Both the position numbers and the translations under genes were made by a program. The notes beneath the pieces are model-generated. The model was not told where the DNA came from. It saw nothing but the letters and a program-made list of their open reading frames with translations, and ran no database searches. Positions 51,401 to 64,000 of a stretch of 64,000 nucleotides of DNA are shown here, piece after piece. Position 1 is the stretch's first letter, and every line of letters starts with the position of its first letter. The DNA is from Octopus sinensis (lineage: Eukaryota), in assembly GCF_006345805.1 (NCBI RefSeq), contig NC_043000.1:97898001-97962000 (forward strand). Direction: 5' to 3'.

Positions 51401-52889
51401 AACCTTCCTTTAAGAAATCATATAAATTTTATCTTCACACATCTGTACACACACACACACACACTCTCTCTCTCTCTCTCACTACTTTTCATACACTCTT
51501 TTCTGTGTGTTTATACACTTTCGTGCATCTATATATACACACACAGAGAATTGTATGTAAATACCTAATTGTGTCATCTTATTTTTTAAGACTAATTAGT
51601 AGGAGCATTAATTTTTTTCTAAATTCATTGTTCTTAATCATTATCCATAAATTTTTAATGATCATGTAAGGTGATGGAGATGGCTATATGAGTTGAAATT
51701 CAAGTGTAGATACTATCTAGTTTAGTGCCTTCATGTTCAGGATTCAAATTCTGTGAGGGCTGAACTTGTTTTTAGTCTTCTGATGTAGACCCAGTAAATT
51801 GTCCACTAGATTCATACATTTAAAAAAATTGGTCAATGGTTGTTCATCATTATTTCACATCCATATTCCATGTTGGATGGTTTGATAGGATCCCCTGAGT
51901 CCAAAGACAGCATCGTGCTCTATTGTTTGCCTTGACTTGGTTTCTATGGCTGGATGCCTTTCCTAATGCTAATAATGTCATTTTTAGTGTTTTTGTTTTT
52001 TTCATTGCCTTTTATTTGTTCCCAGTTAATATATAATATCCACTCATTAAATAGACTAACTTAGTCATTGTTTTCTAGGCAGATGATGAAGTTTCTAAAT
52101 TGTTTATTCCCTCTAAACCAAACAAATTCAGTCATGAAATATCTAAAGTAATAAAAAAAATATTAAAATACGATGAAATAAACATACCAATGAGAGAGAA
52201 AGATTGAAGGAAAATAAAAAAAAAACCCCAAAAAAGCAAGCATATGTTAATTTGATCAACTTTTTCTTTGTTCCTTGTGACAGCTTAGCATGACTTGTAA
52301 TAGATAATTTTGACAAAAGAACTGAATTGAAAGAATATATTGCTGTGAACAGTGTAGCAAGGATCAGTCTGTGGTAGTTCTTGTTTGGTTAGTGATTGAT
52401 TTTAGGTAACAAGTTTTCACTTGCTTTTAATTTTTGTATCAGCAATGTAATTTTGTTTATCCATATAACACATATAAACAATTTGAATGGCAAACTAATC
52501 TCTCTCTTATATATACATATACATACATATATATATATAACCCATGCTAGCATGGAAAGCAGACGCTAAACGATGATGATGATGATATATATATACAATT
52601 TTCATTCTGCTTCCTATATATGCAGATAGATGTATATACATTGAAACATTGAACTATGTATTTTGTATTTACACACTCAAATGTATACACACAGTGACTT
52701 GTATCTTTGAGATACCTACTGATGATATGGAAGGATTTCCAATGTTCCAATAACTTTAGTTACCACCTGAAGAAGAGTTTGCAATACGTATGAGTAGCAT
52801 AGCCCCTACAGTTTCTGCGCAGGGCAAAACATCTCTGATATTTATTTCTTTCACCTACATACAGTGCATGGTTCATGTTAAAACACTGC

Positions 52890-53170
52890 TTCTAAAATTT
52901 CAGGCCCTGTGCCTGTAGTAGAAAGGATTATCATCATTGTTATTATCATTATTATTATAAGTCGATGAGCTGGCGGAACCGTAAGCACACCAGTCAAAAT
53001 GCTTAGCAACATTTCGTCCATCTTTATATTCTGAGTTCAAATTCTGCCAAGGTCGACTTTACTTTTATCCTTTAGGGGTCGATAAATTAAATACCAATGA
53101 AATACTGGGGTCGATGTAATCAACTAGTCTCCTCTCTCCAAAATTTCAGGCCTGTGCCTTTAGTAGAAAG

Positions 53171-53203
<33 letters not shown>

Positions 53204-54810
53204 GAGTGAGAGAGCAGTTCATGCCATCAAAGTGACACTGGGGTAAAATATACGAAGCCCAATATACCCATCATGACTACCCGTCTGATAAAGGTACACC
53301 AGGCACATGCATCACAACCATATGTGCGTGACATGGTGATCTCATATCAAGATAAACACACATGACCTTGCAGGTGGGGCCCAGTTAGAATTTTCATCAG
53401 GTTGAGTAGCCCATCTGCTCAAACGGTCCCTGAATAAGGGTTGCTTTAGGATGTTGAACGAAACACCTATGTTTCCAGAGGTGAACCATTCAAACTCCAA
53501 AGAATCCCTCTCAACACATGGCCATGATGCTCCCCCACTACTTCTGCTCGTGATCAGAGATGCACATATCGTCAGCCACTAAGGGACATGCTCAACTGGT
53601 TAAGGTCAAACAACTGACAAGCAAACCTGTGGTATTGAGCAGAATTATTATTATTATTATTATTATCATTATTATTATTATTATTATCATTATATTATTA
53701 TTATTATTATTATTATTATTAAAGCAGTGAGATGGCAGAATCGTTAGCATGCTGGGAAAAATGCTTAGTGGCATTTTGATCATCTTTACATTCTGAGTTC
53801 AAATTTCACTGAGATCAACTTTGCCTATCATTCTTTCGGGGTCAATAAATTATGTACCAGTGAAACACTGGGGCTGACATAATCAACTAGTCCCCTTCCC
53901 CACAAATTTCAGACCTTCTGCCTTTAGTAGAAAAGTTTATTATTCTAATAAGCAATGGATTTGCAGAATCAGTAGAGTGTTTGGGAAAAATCCTTATGCA
54001 GTAATTGTTCTGGATAGCTTCATTCAGAGTTCAGATCTTATCATAGTCAACTTTGTTTTTCATCCTTACTTACAGCATTAAGTACTAGTTCAATACTGGG
54101 ATCATTGGTATCAACTTAAGCCTTTCCCTAAGTTTCAGGTCCTGTGTCTATGACAGAAACAGTTAGTAAAGGTGGGGGATTGTTAGAGCATTAGAAGAAA
54201 TGCTTTGTGGTATTTCTGTTGGTTCTTTACATTCTGAAATATAATCTCAGTGAGGTCAATTTGGATTTCATCCTTCAAAGATATATGAAATAAAGTAGCA
54301 CTCAAGTACTATGGTTGATAGCATCAGCTAACCCTCTCCTCTCAAAACTACTGGCTTTGTGCCCGAATTAGAAATTGTTGTTGTTACCACTACAAGACTA
54401 CAGTCATTGGTAGATTAGCAGAATTGGTAGAACATCATAGTGCATACCTTTACGTTCTGTGTGTTCAAATCTTGCCAGTTTCAACTTTACCTTTTAATTC
54501 CTCTAAGGGTCAATAAAATATGTACCAGTCAAATACCAAAGGTGATATAATCAAGTACTCTTTCTCTCTCTCTCTCTCACAAAGTAAACGCATAAAAAAA
54601 TTATCATTCTAATATAAGAGCAGGGAATTGGCAGAATGGTTAGAGTAACCAATAAAATGTCTTGCAGTATATATTTCTTAAGATCAAATTCTACTGAGAT
54701 CTTACAATTCTGTCGCCATTTTAAGAATATTTTATAGGAATATTAAACAGGCTACCACTATTTGACTGATACTTTATCATATGACCAGACCACCCTGGAA
54801 GGATGACAAA
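52890..54810 (+). mobile_element. Stack of about 7 head-to-tail family-A SINE copies or fragments plus one inverted fragment
   Basis: Repeated units at about 52895 (tail only), 52960, 53720, 53950, 54170, 54410 and 54620, separated by ATT/GTT-type tails. Confidence 0.8.
53204..53645 (-). mobile_element. About 440-bp retroposon inserted within an (ATT)n tract (possibly R4/Dong-like targeting)
   Basis: A relatively GC-rich block flanked on both sides by (ATT)n (53171-53203 and 53644-53720). On the minus strand it ends CTCTCTCACTC(AAT)n. Confidence 0.6.
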
Positions 54811-55623
54811 GTTGCCCCACCCACATAGTGTGTGGCCTTGTGCCAATGATGGGAAATCATTCATGTTGCTGTTCTTCTTCTTACCATTACTAATACTACC
54901 ATCATCATTCAGCATTCATAACCATTCTTTCATTCATTGGAACTAAAAGTGTCTGTCTCTTTCTCTCTCTTCCATTCAGTGGGAAGCATGTTTTATTTAT
55001 TGTCTATTTATTTATTTATTCATTGTCAGCTGTTCTCAAAGAGCCTTTCAATTAGTCAGTCTGCAAGTCAGACAACCAGCCAACCCATCACTGCTTCCTG
55101 ATCTGGGCATTCTATTGTAAAACAGATGGATATGCTGTGTGCTGGTGCTTCATATGTATATGGATATATGGATATATATATGTGTATATATATGTATATA
55201 TGTGTGTGTATATATCTCTCTCTATATATATGCGTGTGTATATCTTTTGTTTATTTTTCATTAGTCACTAGACCAAATTTTTTTTCTGCATGTTTTTTTG
55301 TTTGTATTTTTTTTTGTGAAGTATAATTCCCTATGGTATACTTTTTGATAAAAATTCTTTGATACAAATATTTTCTTTGCATATCACACACACACACACA
55401 GTTTACTCATATGTTTATATTTATGTTTATGTGTAAGTATGACAGAGCCCCAGCAAGGACTTGGTCATGCTGGGGCACTTGTTTTCAAAACAATCTAAAG
55501 AAATGTTTAAATGTATAAAACAAACTAAACAAATATATAAATAAATGTAGCCATATTTAGGCATACACACTCATACAGAGACATGTCTTTTATTCCTTTG
55601 TGTTTCAATCAAAGGACTGCAGC

Positions 55624-55796
55624 CACTAGTGTAGCTAGAGTGTGTGCCACATGGGGCAGCCCTTTAGCTTTCCACCCCCAGGCTCCCAAAAAAGATACAT
55701 ATTGCCTACAGCAGACCCAAAAGTGGTGCCGCCCCCATAAAAGTGCCGTCCAGGGTGCCCCTCCTCCTCTGCGCACCCCCTCTGGCTACACTAGTG
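55624..55796. mobile_element. GC-rich hAT-like MITE inserted in a SINE tail
   Basis: Perfect 8-bp TSD ACTGCAGC (55616-55623, 55797-55804); 17-bp TIR CACTAGTGTAGC(T/C)AGAG with 16/17 match. Confidence 0.9.
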
Positions 55797-56294
55797 ACTG
55801 CAGCCATATTGGGGCACCAGCTGGAAGGGTTTTAGTCATTCATATCAAGTTCAGTACTTATTTTTTTAAGTCTGGTACATTTTACCATTTTGTATTTGTT
55901 GAATCTCTGAGTCACAGGATGTACAAACAGAGCACCATTTTTCAAGCAGTTTCAGTATGAAACACACACTCATTTCAGAACTGCATGGTTTTAGTTTCTG
56001 TCATAATTGCATGCCACCATGTGCAAGTGCCTTCTATTATACAGTTTTTCAACCAATGCATTGTGAAAAGAATTTTCTAGATGGGAATAGTATAGAAGCT
56101 TGTCACATCTATGAGTGTTACAGTGCATTGTCACATTGTTATTGTGAGAAAAACTGGTAACAGCAATTTCCTCTCTTCTAAACAAAATTGCTCTGTAGTT
56201 TAATCATGAAAACCAGAAGAGTAAAGTATGCCTTACTTGAAAGAAGTAAGGGTTGGTGACAGAAAGAGCATTCAGCTATAGAAAACTGCCTTAA

Positions 56295-56514
56295 CCCTTT
56301 CGTTACCATATTTATTTTGAAATGCTCTGTTTCTTTTAATTAATTTTAAATATAACAAAGAATTTAGTAAAATAATTTAGTTATCATTAAGCTAGGGTTA
56401 AGAGCATAAATCATGACTAAAGTTTGGTGGAAGATTTTAATTCAAAACTTATGAAAACAAAACATTTGTATGACTGAGCCAGAGGTGGTCTCAGCCGGGT
56501 TGGTATCGAAAGGG
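56295..56514. mobile_element. piggyBac-like MITE
   Basis: TTAA TSD (56291-56294, 56515-56518); TIR CCCTTTCG(T/A)TACCA with 13/14 match. Decayed relatives lie at about 57166-57436 and 19330-19540. Confidence 0.9.
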
Positions 56515-56585
56515 TTAACAGCTCTCCTCCAGTTCATGCTAGCATGATAGAAATGAAATGGATGTAAAAACAATGACGATCACTC

Positions 56586-56652
<67 letters not shown>

Positions 56653-59537
56653 TACACACATGATGGGCAACTGCATAGTTTTGGTCTGTCAATTTTACAA
56701 GTTATTGGTCACCCTGAAATTTTGTAGAAGGCATTTGCCCAAGATGCTACATTATGAGACCAGGCCTAAAACTACACAGTTTTCATGGCAAGCTTGGTAA
56801 CTGCATGATCATAACTGTGCATTGTTTTAAAAATGTGCCCAAATTAATTTATGGAATTATGTTTCTTTCATTGCGAAATCTTTTTAATTTATGACTAAGT
56901 TCAGTCTATTAAATTTCTGCGTGTTACATAAATATCTAAGTTAATGCAAATAGCTTGATTAATCAATGGACTTTGATTAAGTTTTTAACTGCTGAAGTTT
57001 AAGGTAGCACCATGCCTGCACTGGAATTGAGATTGTTGGTGTGGTATGACTGTTAATTTGATTTTTCTCTAAACCGAGACAATGCTAAAGGGAGGAGGAG
57101 GTATAATCTTAGTCCCAGTGTTGTTATTTAGCCCCAAGGTCATTGCTGGTGAGAAAAACCCATGATTAACCCTTTTGAGACTATATTTCTAATGAAATAC
57201 AATGCGTATTTGTTTCATTTAATTTTGAAAACAATTAAGAATTTGGAAGGATTTAATAGAATAATTCAATTTTCCATTATTAAGCTGGCATCTGGGACAT
57301 GAATTAACAAAAGGTTCTTTCTTATAAGAAAGTGTAGCAGAAGGTTTCAATTTAAGTATGAATACTTCAAAAAACAAGAGATTTTTGTATCATCAAAACA
57401 GAGGCACTCTCAGACTGGTTGATATCAAAATGAGTAAAGGCTTTCCAGCTGTAGCCGTTCTGTCTTTATTTTTTGTTTTGGTTATCTAATATTATACTTA
57501 AGTTGTCCTTTCAGTTTTTTTAAGGTGATAGGATGTGAGTTAAGTGTGGTTTGACTGATATTTCTAGCAGGTCAGGCAACCATTTAGGAGCTTGCATAGT
57601 CATCGCACTATTTTATTTATGTCCTTCTCCCAAATCTGTTAAAGTGCAATAGAGGAAAGAAACAATAAAGAAAAGAAGCTGAGTAAATTAAATGTGATGG
57701 TGATTTTGTCAGTTAAATCAAGCATAATATGGAAGGAACTGCTGCAAAAATAGGCCTCTGTTCTTGAACCAGAAAGTTACATAGGTCTACCAAAAGTATA
57801 CAATTGTTTTGTACTGTCTTGTTTTTCAGAGAGATTCCATATGTCGCTTGTCAAAACAGTTTAAATAAATATAAGAAAGACAAAGATTTTCGGCAAGGTT
57901 CACTGTTCTTATTTTATTCTTCACTTTACAGTCACATTTTGTGAACAGTATTGTTACTAGTTATAGGTTTCCAGTGGACCATTCTCTGGTTCTTTGCAGC
58001 TTTACTGTATAGCTTAAGTGATATAAATGTTACACAAGGTATTTTTGTGAGAAAGCACCATATTAGTTTTCTTGATACTGTTTTAAATTTTTTCACTGAT
58101 ATACATGAAAGATATACATACACTTACATATATTTATGAACTTCCACACAATTTGCATTTACCAAATTCCACTTGTCTTAAGTACTGTGTGCTGAGATTG
58201 AACCTGGTGCTATGCGTTGCAAAGTGAACTTTTCAGTCATACAGCCATGCCTTTTGATATCAAAATTACCATTGTGAAAGTGAGCTCAATTTCAATTCCT
58301 AGTTGAGACAGTTTTATTTTCTTTACTATTGGAAAGTCATGAATACCACTTATTCATTCATCTATGTCCTATATATTTCTAAAATCTAAACATTTATGAT
58401 AACTCTTTCTTTTAAAGATACTCCATATTAGAATTACATCATCCAATGTATTATTCCTTTATTAAATCAGCAAGGTATGATTTCAGTAAGAATTAGTTGC
58501 TATGTCTAGCAGTTTTAACGCTTATGTAGAGGCACCCTCATTGGTTTGATGTCAACATTAACTTTCAAGTTCAAAAGAATCTTGAAATGTTATTGTCTGT
58601 AACTAGGCAGAACCTAGTTTAACCTTATTCAGATGTCAAAATACATGGTGTTGTGTTTGCAATACAAGTTCTTTCTGCCATGCCTCTTGTGTAAGTGTTG
58701 TCTCACATTTGACTTCCAAGTCTCTGTATCCTCCTTCTCCTCCCTGCCTCTCTCTGTTTCTTTCAATCTCTCACCTGTAATGTTTCATCTTGATTTTTTG
58801 CTTTTGACTTCTTGTCAAGACTTTGGTCAGCCTCCACTATAAAGTATGTGACCTTGCTACAACTTTGTCAGAAATAGCAACCAAATCTTGCTTAATACAC
58901 TCACAACTGTTTAAAAAAAATCAGGAAAGTTCACATTGAATATTATAGTCTTAGAGAGATGCTTTTTAAAAAAAAATAAAATAAAAAAGGAAGATAGAAT
59001 GGTCATACCTAGAACACATTTGATCATAACTTTGCTTAATCAGAGCTAACTCAGGTCTAAAGAATGTGCCCTTTATTGATTCCTTGCTCATTTTTCACCT
59101 TGTTTTTTACCATCCACTGACATCTCAATCTGAACTAGTCAAAGTTATCTAACATTTTCAGGACTATGCAGCCCATTTTCTCATAGAAAATTAATTCTAA
59201 AGATAAAATAGTTTGCAAGAGAAAATAAGAAAAAATCTAATTATATAAAAAGACCATATCTTTTTTTGTAATCTTTCTCTCGTGATCAGCTCTGAATGTG
59301 GAATAATGGTAATTTCATTTTACCATAGTTCTACTTGAATGCATAACATCTATCTCTTCTTTTTTAATTATATATGTGTGTATGTGTGTGTGTACACATG
59401 CACATTAAAAAATATCAAGACAGCAAGCTTTATTGCCATAACGATAAAACAGTTTTGGTTTTTATTTGTTTTTTTCCACATATTTTTAACATTTGGGATT
59501 TTTTGAAATTTTAATTTCATCATCCTTTTAACGGCCA

Positions 59538-59575
<38 letters not shown>

Positions 59576-60205
59576 ACCAATTTATATTTAAATATGAAAT
59601 AAGGCATAAAGTAACTTATGTATCATTCAGAAATATTTCTTTCATTTCAGTTATTCATTCATTCATTTTCATATTTGTTCTTCTTTTTTTCCTTCTAATA
59701 ATTCTAAATTACAGACATTATTTTTAGATTATCTTTTCATTACATTCCACTCTCCTTTTTTTAATTTATATTTCTCTACATATATTTACTTGTTTGTTTT
59801 TTGGTTTTTGCATAGAACTTATTGCTACTTACCAGAATGTGAAATGTAGGCCTAAGATTCCTCACCTAATCAATATGTAAATGGAAGTATTTTTAAATTA
59901 AGTCCAGATATCATGGAAATTATATTTATCTTTTATTTATTCATCAGTTTATTTATGTACTAAGATAATATATGTATTTTAATGCTGTTTCCTGATCAGA
60001 TATCAGAGAAGTGATTAATTCTAAGACTCAGCTTTGTTTCTCTCTCTTTTAGTTCTCTCATTTTTTTTTTGTTTTGTTTCTTTTACCATTTGAAAGCTAT
60101 ATGATTTTTCATCCTTTTGTGGCCAATAAAATTAGTACCAAGTTTAATTTAATCAAATAAATCCCATCCCAAATATGTATGGCCTTTTGCCTATGAAGGA
60201 AATCA

Positions 60206-60208
<3 letters not shown>

Positions 60209-60287
<79 letters not shown>
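60209..60287. repeat. (TA)n microsatellite, about 80 bp
   Basis: Read directly from the sequence. Confidence 0.95.
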
Positions 60288-60292
<5 letters not shown>

Positions 60293-62255
60293 CCAGGATT
60301 TGTTTAGCCTTTCAAACATACTGCATGCTGATAAATTGAATACCACCCAGATACTGAAGTTGATATAACTGACTAAACCCCATCCAAAATTTTGTGGCAT
60401 TGTGCCTTCATTACAAATAAGCATTATTCCAGTCATCATAGTTTCTGTCAAAAATGCCTTGCAGCCTTTTACATTTTGATTTCAGATCCTGCCATGGTCA
60501 TCTTTACTTGATGGAATTGGCAATTCAGAGATAGCAAAGAGTGCTAGACTTTATATAGAGTACAGCTATCTTTTGATAGCTGCTAAGGATTAAGTTTCCT
60601 TATGTAATTCATAGAACTGCTTATGTGTGTGTGTGTGTGTGTGTGTGTACCCTTAATTTAATATGTGTATGGATGCATGTATGTGTTTTTTTTTTGTTTT
60701 TTTAATGACCCGACCCTTTTGCCATGTTAGCATGGGTTGGATGAGGACTTATTTGAAACAGGATTTTGCAGCTGCATACACTTCCTGTTACCAACCCTTA
60801 CCTTTTTTTTTACAAGTAGTTTATTATTTCTCAGGGCTTCAAAAACACAAAGCAATTGATCATAATGTCAACAAGAATGTAAGCATATCACTGGTGGTGA
60901 CAAGTAAAGCTGTGCATGTCAGTGTTCACATACATGTCAGTATTCACATACATCCACACACACACATGTATGTGTGTGTGTGTTTGTGTGTGTATGTGTA
61001 CAACAGATTTCTTATAATTTCTTCTATCATTAGTTGGTCTGGGGTCATAGTAACTAGTCACTTATCTAAAGTGCTGCACAGTGGGAACTGAACCCCAAAA
61101 ACTATGTGGTTGCAAAACAAAATTCTTAACCACACACCCATTCATGTGCCTATACATGGCCGACACATATGAGGGATCTCAAGTTATGTTGATTGATAAG
61201 TGATTCAGTTGTGTGACTAATGGAACTACTTATTTTTTTGTTGTTTTATAGTATAAGAGTATATAGTATAAGTATTCCACAGACATTTATATTGCAAAAA
61301 TTCTTGGAGATCAGATCTGAGCAATAACATATTAACCACTTACATGTTTGCAAAATGGTATAATTTGACTTGACTACTTTGTGTGTGTGTATACTTTTTG
61401 CTTTCTTTTCATTCTTTTTGTTATATTTCTATAAGTCACAAGGTTCTGGACTTCAAATCCTATTTTCAATTGAGTTTTCAAATTTCAACAGGTTTGAACT
61501 TGCATTTCCACACTTTCATAGACTGAGTTCGAACATAATGTATACCAGTTGTATACTGGCCTCCTTTCAATCAATTATTGTAATAATCCCTGAGAATAAT
61601 TGGCTATGAATCAGATTGGAAATAAGAATGTGTTGTGCACTAGATGAAAAAACCTTAAGCTATATTTCATCTGGTTATCTAGCTGTATGTTTTGTGTACA
61701 AATCCTGCACTAGTAAACTATGCTTTTCAGTTTTCTGATACAGGTTTGACAGTATAAATAATAGTTGATAAAATATGTATTGGGAATGGTGTAATTATTA
61801 ATATTCTTGAGCATGTTGCCCCAGCATTGTCACAGTTCAGTGACTGAAACATGAAAAAAGAAAAGAAAGAATATATCCGCCTAGTCAAAAGAAATCATTA
61901 TTTTCATAATGAGAAGAAAGAAAAAGTTGATATGAGTATAAGTGGGGCATTCAGTTTTGCTCACTTATGTCATTCTGACCTCTACAGTTACTTTATGATG
62001 TCTCGTATAATTCCTGTGACAGCTTGGCATTTTCCATCATTTTTTGTCTCTATTTTACTATATTTCCTTTCTTGTGAGTGTGTGTGTCTAGATAAACACA
62101 CATATGTGTGTGCACGCACATACTCACACACACACACATCACATTCATTTTCCAGCTTACATTGGTGAGTGATATGTTTGTAGGAGTGGTGGATTTTTAC
62201 AGCTTGATGCCCTACTATTATAACTAGTCCCTTGACCATAAAATAACTGTGTTAA

Positions 62256-62285
<30 letters not shown>

Positions 62286-62286
<1 letters not shown>

Positions 62287-62531
62287 GAGCAAGACACTTT
62301 ATTTTCACATTGCTCCAGTTCACTCAGCTGTAGAAATGAGTTGCGACGTCACGAGTGCCAAGCTGTATCGGTCTTTGCCTTTCCCTTGGATAACACTGGT
62401 GGCATGGAGAGGGGAGGTTGGTATGCATGGGCGACTGCTGGTCTTCCATAAACAACCATGCCCAGACTTGTGACTAGGAGGGTAACTTTCTAGGTGCAAT
62501 CCCATGGTCAGTGTCGTGACCGAAGGGGGTC
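62286..62531 (+). mobile_element. Young 5'-truncated SINE with a CORE-like domain, embedded in (TA)n
   Basis: TGAGCAAGACACTTTATTTTCACATTGCTCCAGTTCACTCAGCTG, with CpGs retained. Reverse relatives lie at about 42275-42400 and 63490-63595. Confidence 0.7.
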
Positions 62532-64000
62532 CCGGATCCCGGATATATATGTATATATATATATGTGTGTATATATATATATAGATAGATAGATAGATAT
62601 AGATAGATAGATAGATATAGATATATCACCCATGCCAGCATGGGAGGCAGATGTTAAACAATGATGATTGTGATATGTACACACACACACAAACACACCA
62701 TATGTATTGTTTCAAAGCTTCTCTTTTCTGATATGTTTAATGTTTCTCCTAGTACTTTATATAATCTAGCATTTTCAGAGGAATAAATAAGCATTTTTAA
62801 TAAGGTACCAGGTTTACAATTGTGATAAAGTTAAAAGTTAAAAAAGACATTGACTTATTGTATTCTTTTCTTTCTTTTACTGGTTTCAGTTACTGAACTG
62901 TAGCCATGAACTGTAGTCAATTGGTTACTGAATTGTAGTCAATTTAGAATACACACACAAAAAGAAAAACAGAAGTTTTGTTCATTCTTAGCCAGCAGGT
63001 AATTTACATAATTAAAACTAAAACAAGCTAAAATAAAATCTCCGGAAAGAGTCAGTGTCATGGATTTTGATAAAGTGTATTGAATACACACACATGCACA
63101 TACACATGCACACATATGCACACACATGCATACATACACTTGATGTGTATGTATATATAGCTTGGGTCTATCACAAGGCTGCTGTGATGGGCCAGAGTTT
63201 ATCCTGATTGCCATGGCATATATATGACTGAGAGTACAATACTTTGCCCTGAACAGGATACCAGTCCATTGTAGGATTAACTCCCACCTGTTGCTGGTAC
63301 TCATTTTCAGCTAAAGTGGACTAGATCATATATACACATATGTGTATGTAGGTGAATTGAAGTGCTCAAGAACACAACACGGTGCCTAGTCTGGGACTCA
63401 GAACCATGAAGTTACAATCTTGAGTCCAAAGTACTAACCGCTAGACCACGTTCCTTCTACACTCTGACTGAATACGCTGTTAGGTGAAACTCACTTTTGC
63501 CAGCTGAGTGGACTGGAGCAACATGAAATAAAGTGTTTTGCTCAAGAACACAACACGTCGCCTGGTCCGGGAATTGAAACCACGATCTTACTATCAATTG
63601 TGAAGTTGGGTGGAAATGTGTCCATAAATCTCCTCTTTAGTTTTGTACTCATACTATTGAGCCCTCATGAGATTCCTAGTGTATATGTAACGTTAATGGT
63701 AGAATTGTTAAGATATAAAATTATAACATTATACATTTTCCTATTATAGTACACTACTTGTAGCAGAATCATATTTATTGTGCCTCTTTGGTTGACCGGG
63801 ACTTTAAGTTCACCACTTGCAGTTTATTTTACTTGTTTTGGTAGAATAAAGTACACACATGCATGTATATTACTATAGTTATTTGCATAAGATATATTAA
63901 CTCATATACTACTTAACACAAATTTTGGTCCATGAAATCTTTCAGAAAATATCTCTGATATACAGTACAGTGACATTTTGCTTAATGTTACTGTTGAATG

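Noticed and set aside
52715-52790. Paired CTGATGA and CTGAAGA motifs suggesting a tandem hammerhead
   Set aside because: Neither has a GAAA box at the proper position.
52890-54810. Repeat-spacer-like periodicity suggesting a CRISPR array
   Set aside because: The units are about 200-bp diverged SINEs in eukaryotic DNA, with no short identical repeats and no cas genes.
1272-63304. Most of the 60-150 aa ORFs in the supplied track (YIYIYI, CVCVCV, LSLSLS, THTHT peptides)
   Set aside because: They are translations of microsatellites, SINEs or AT-rich intron, with no domain motifs and many non-ATG starts.

Overview
AT-rich, microsatellite-dense animal genomic DNA. The SINE, RTE and MITE repertoire resembles cephalopod (Octopus-like) repeats; this assignment is from recognition, not a search. 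The only well-supported coding sequence is the first exon of an unidentified minus-strand gene (about 5286/5274 to 4781). It starts in a compact bidirectional promoter with two opposed YY1-type ATG motifs, a CRE palindrome and an ETS site. A divergent plus-strand spliced transcript appears to start there too; its candidate exons are mostly non-coding, so most of 5.7-64 kb looks like intron. That region holds a 5S rRNA copy abutting a SINE, many tRNA-derived SINEs including a head-to-tail stack, RTE LINE remnants, and a deleted Ty3/Gypsy element with both LTRs and a 5-bp TSD. It also holds hAT, piggyBac and Tc1/mariner MITEs, a non-autonomous Helitron, and recent tandem duplications. The most notable items are a minimal Penelope-type hammerhead ribozyme with degenerate relatives, two back-to-back perfect palindromes, and an RTE fragment sitting where the Gypsy RT should be. 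I found no prokaryotic-type system (CRISPR, operon) and no clearly new multi-gene system. Nearly all ORFs in the supplied track are spurious.
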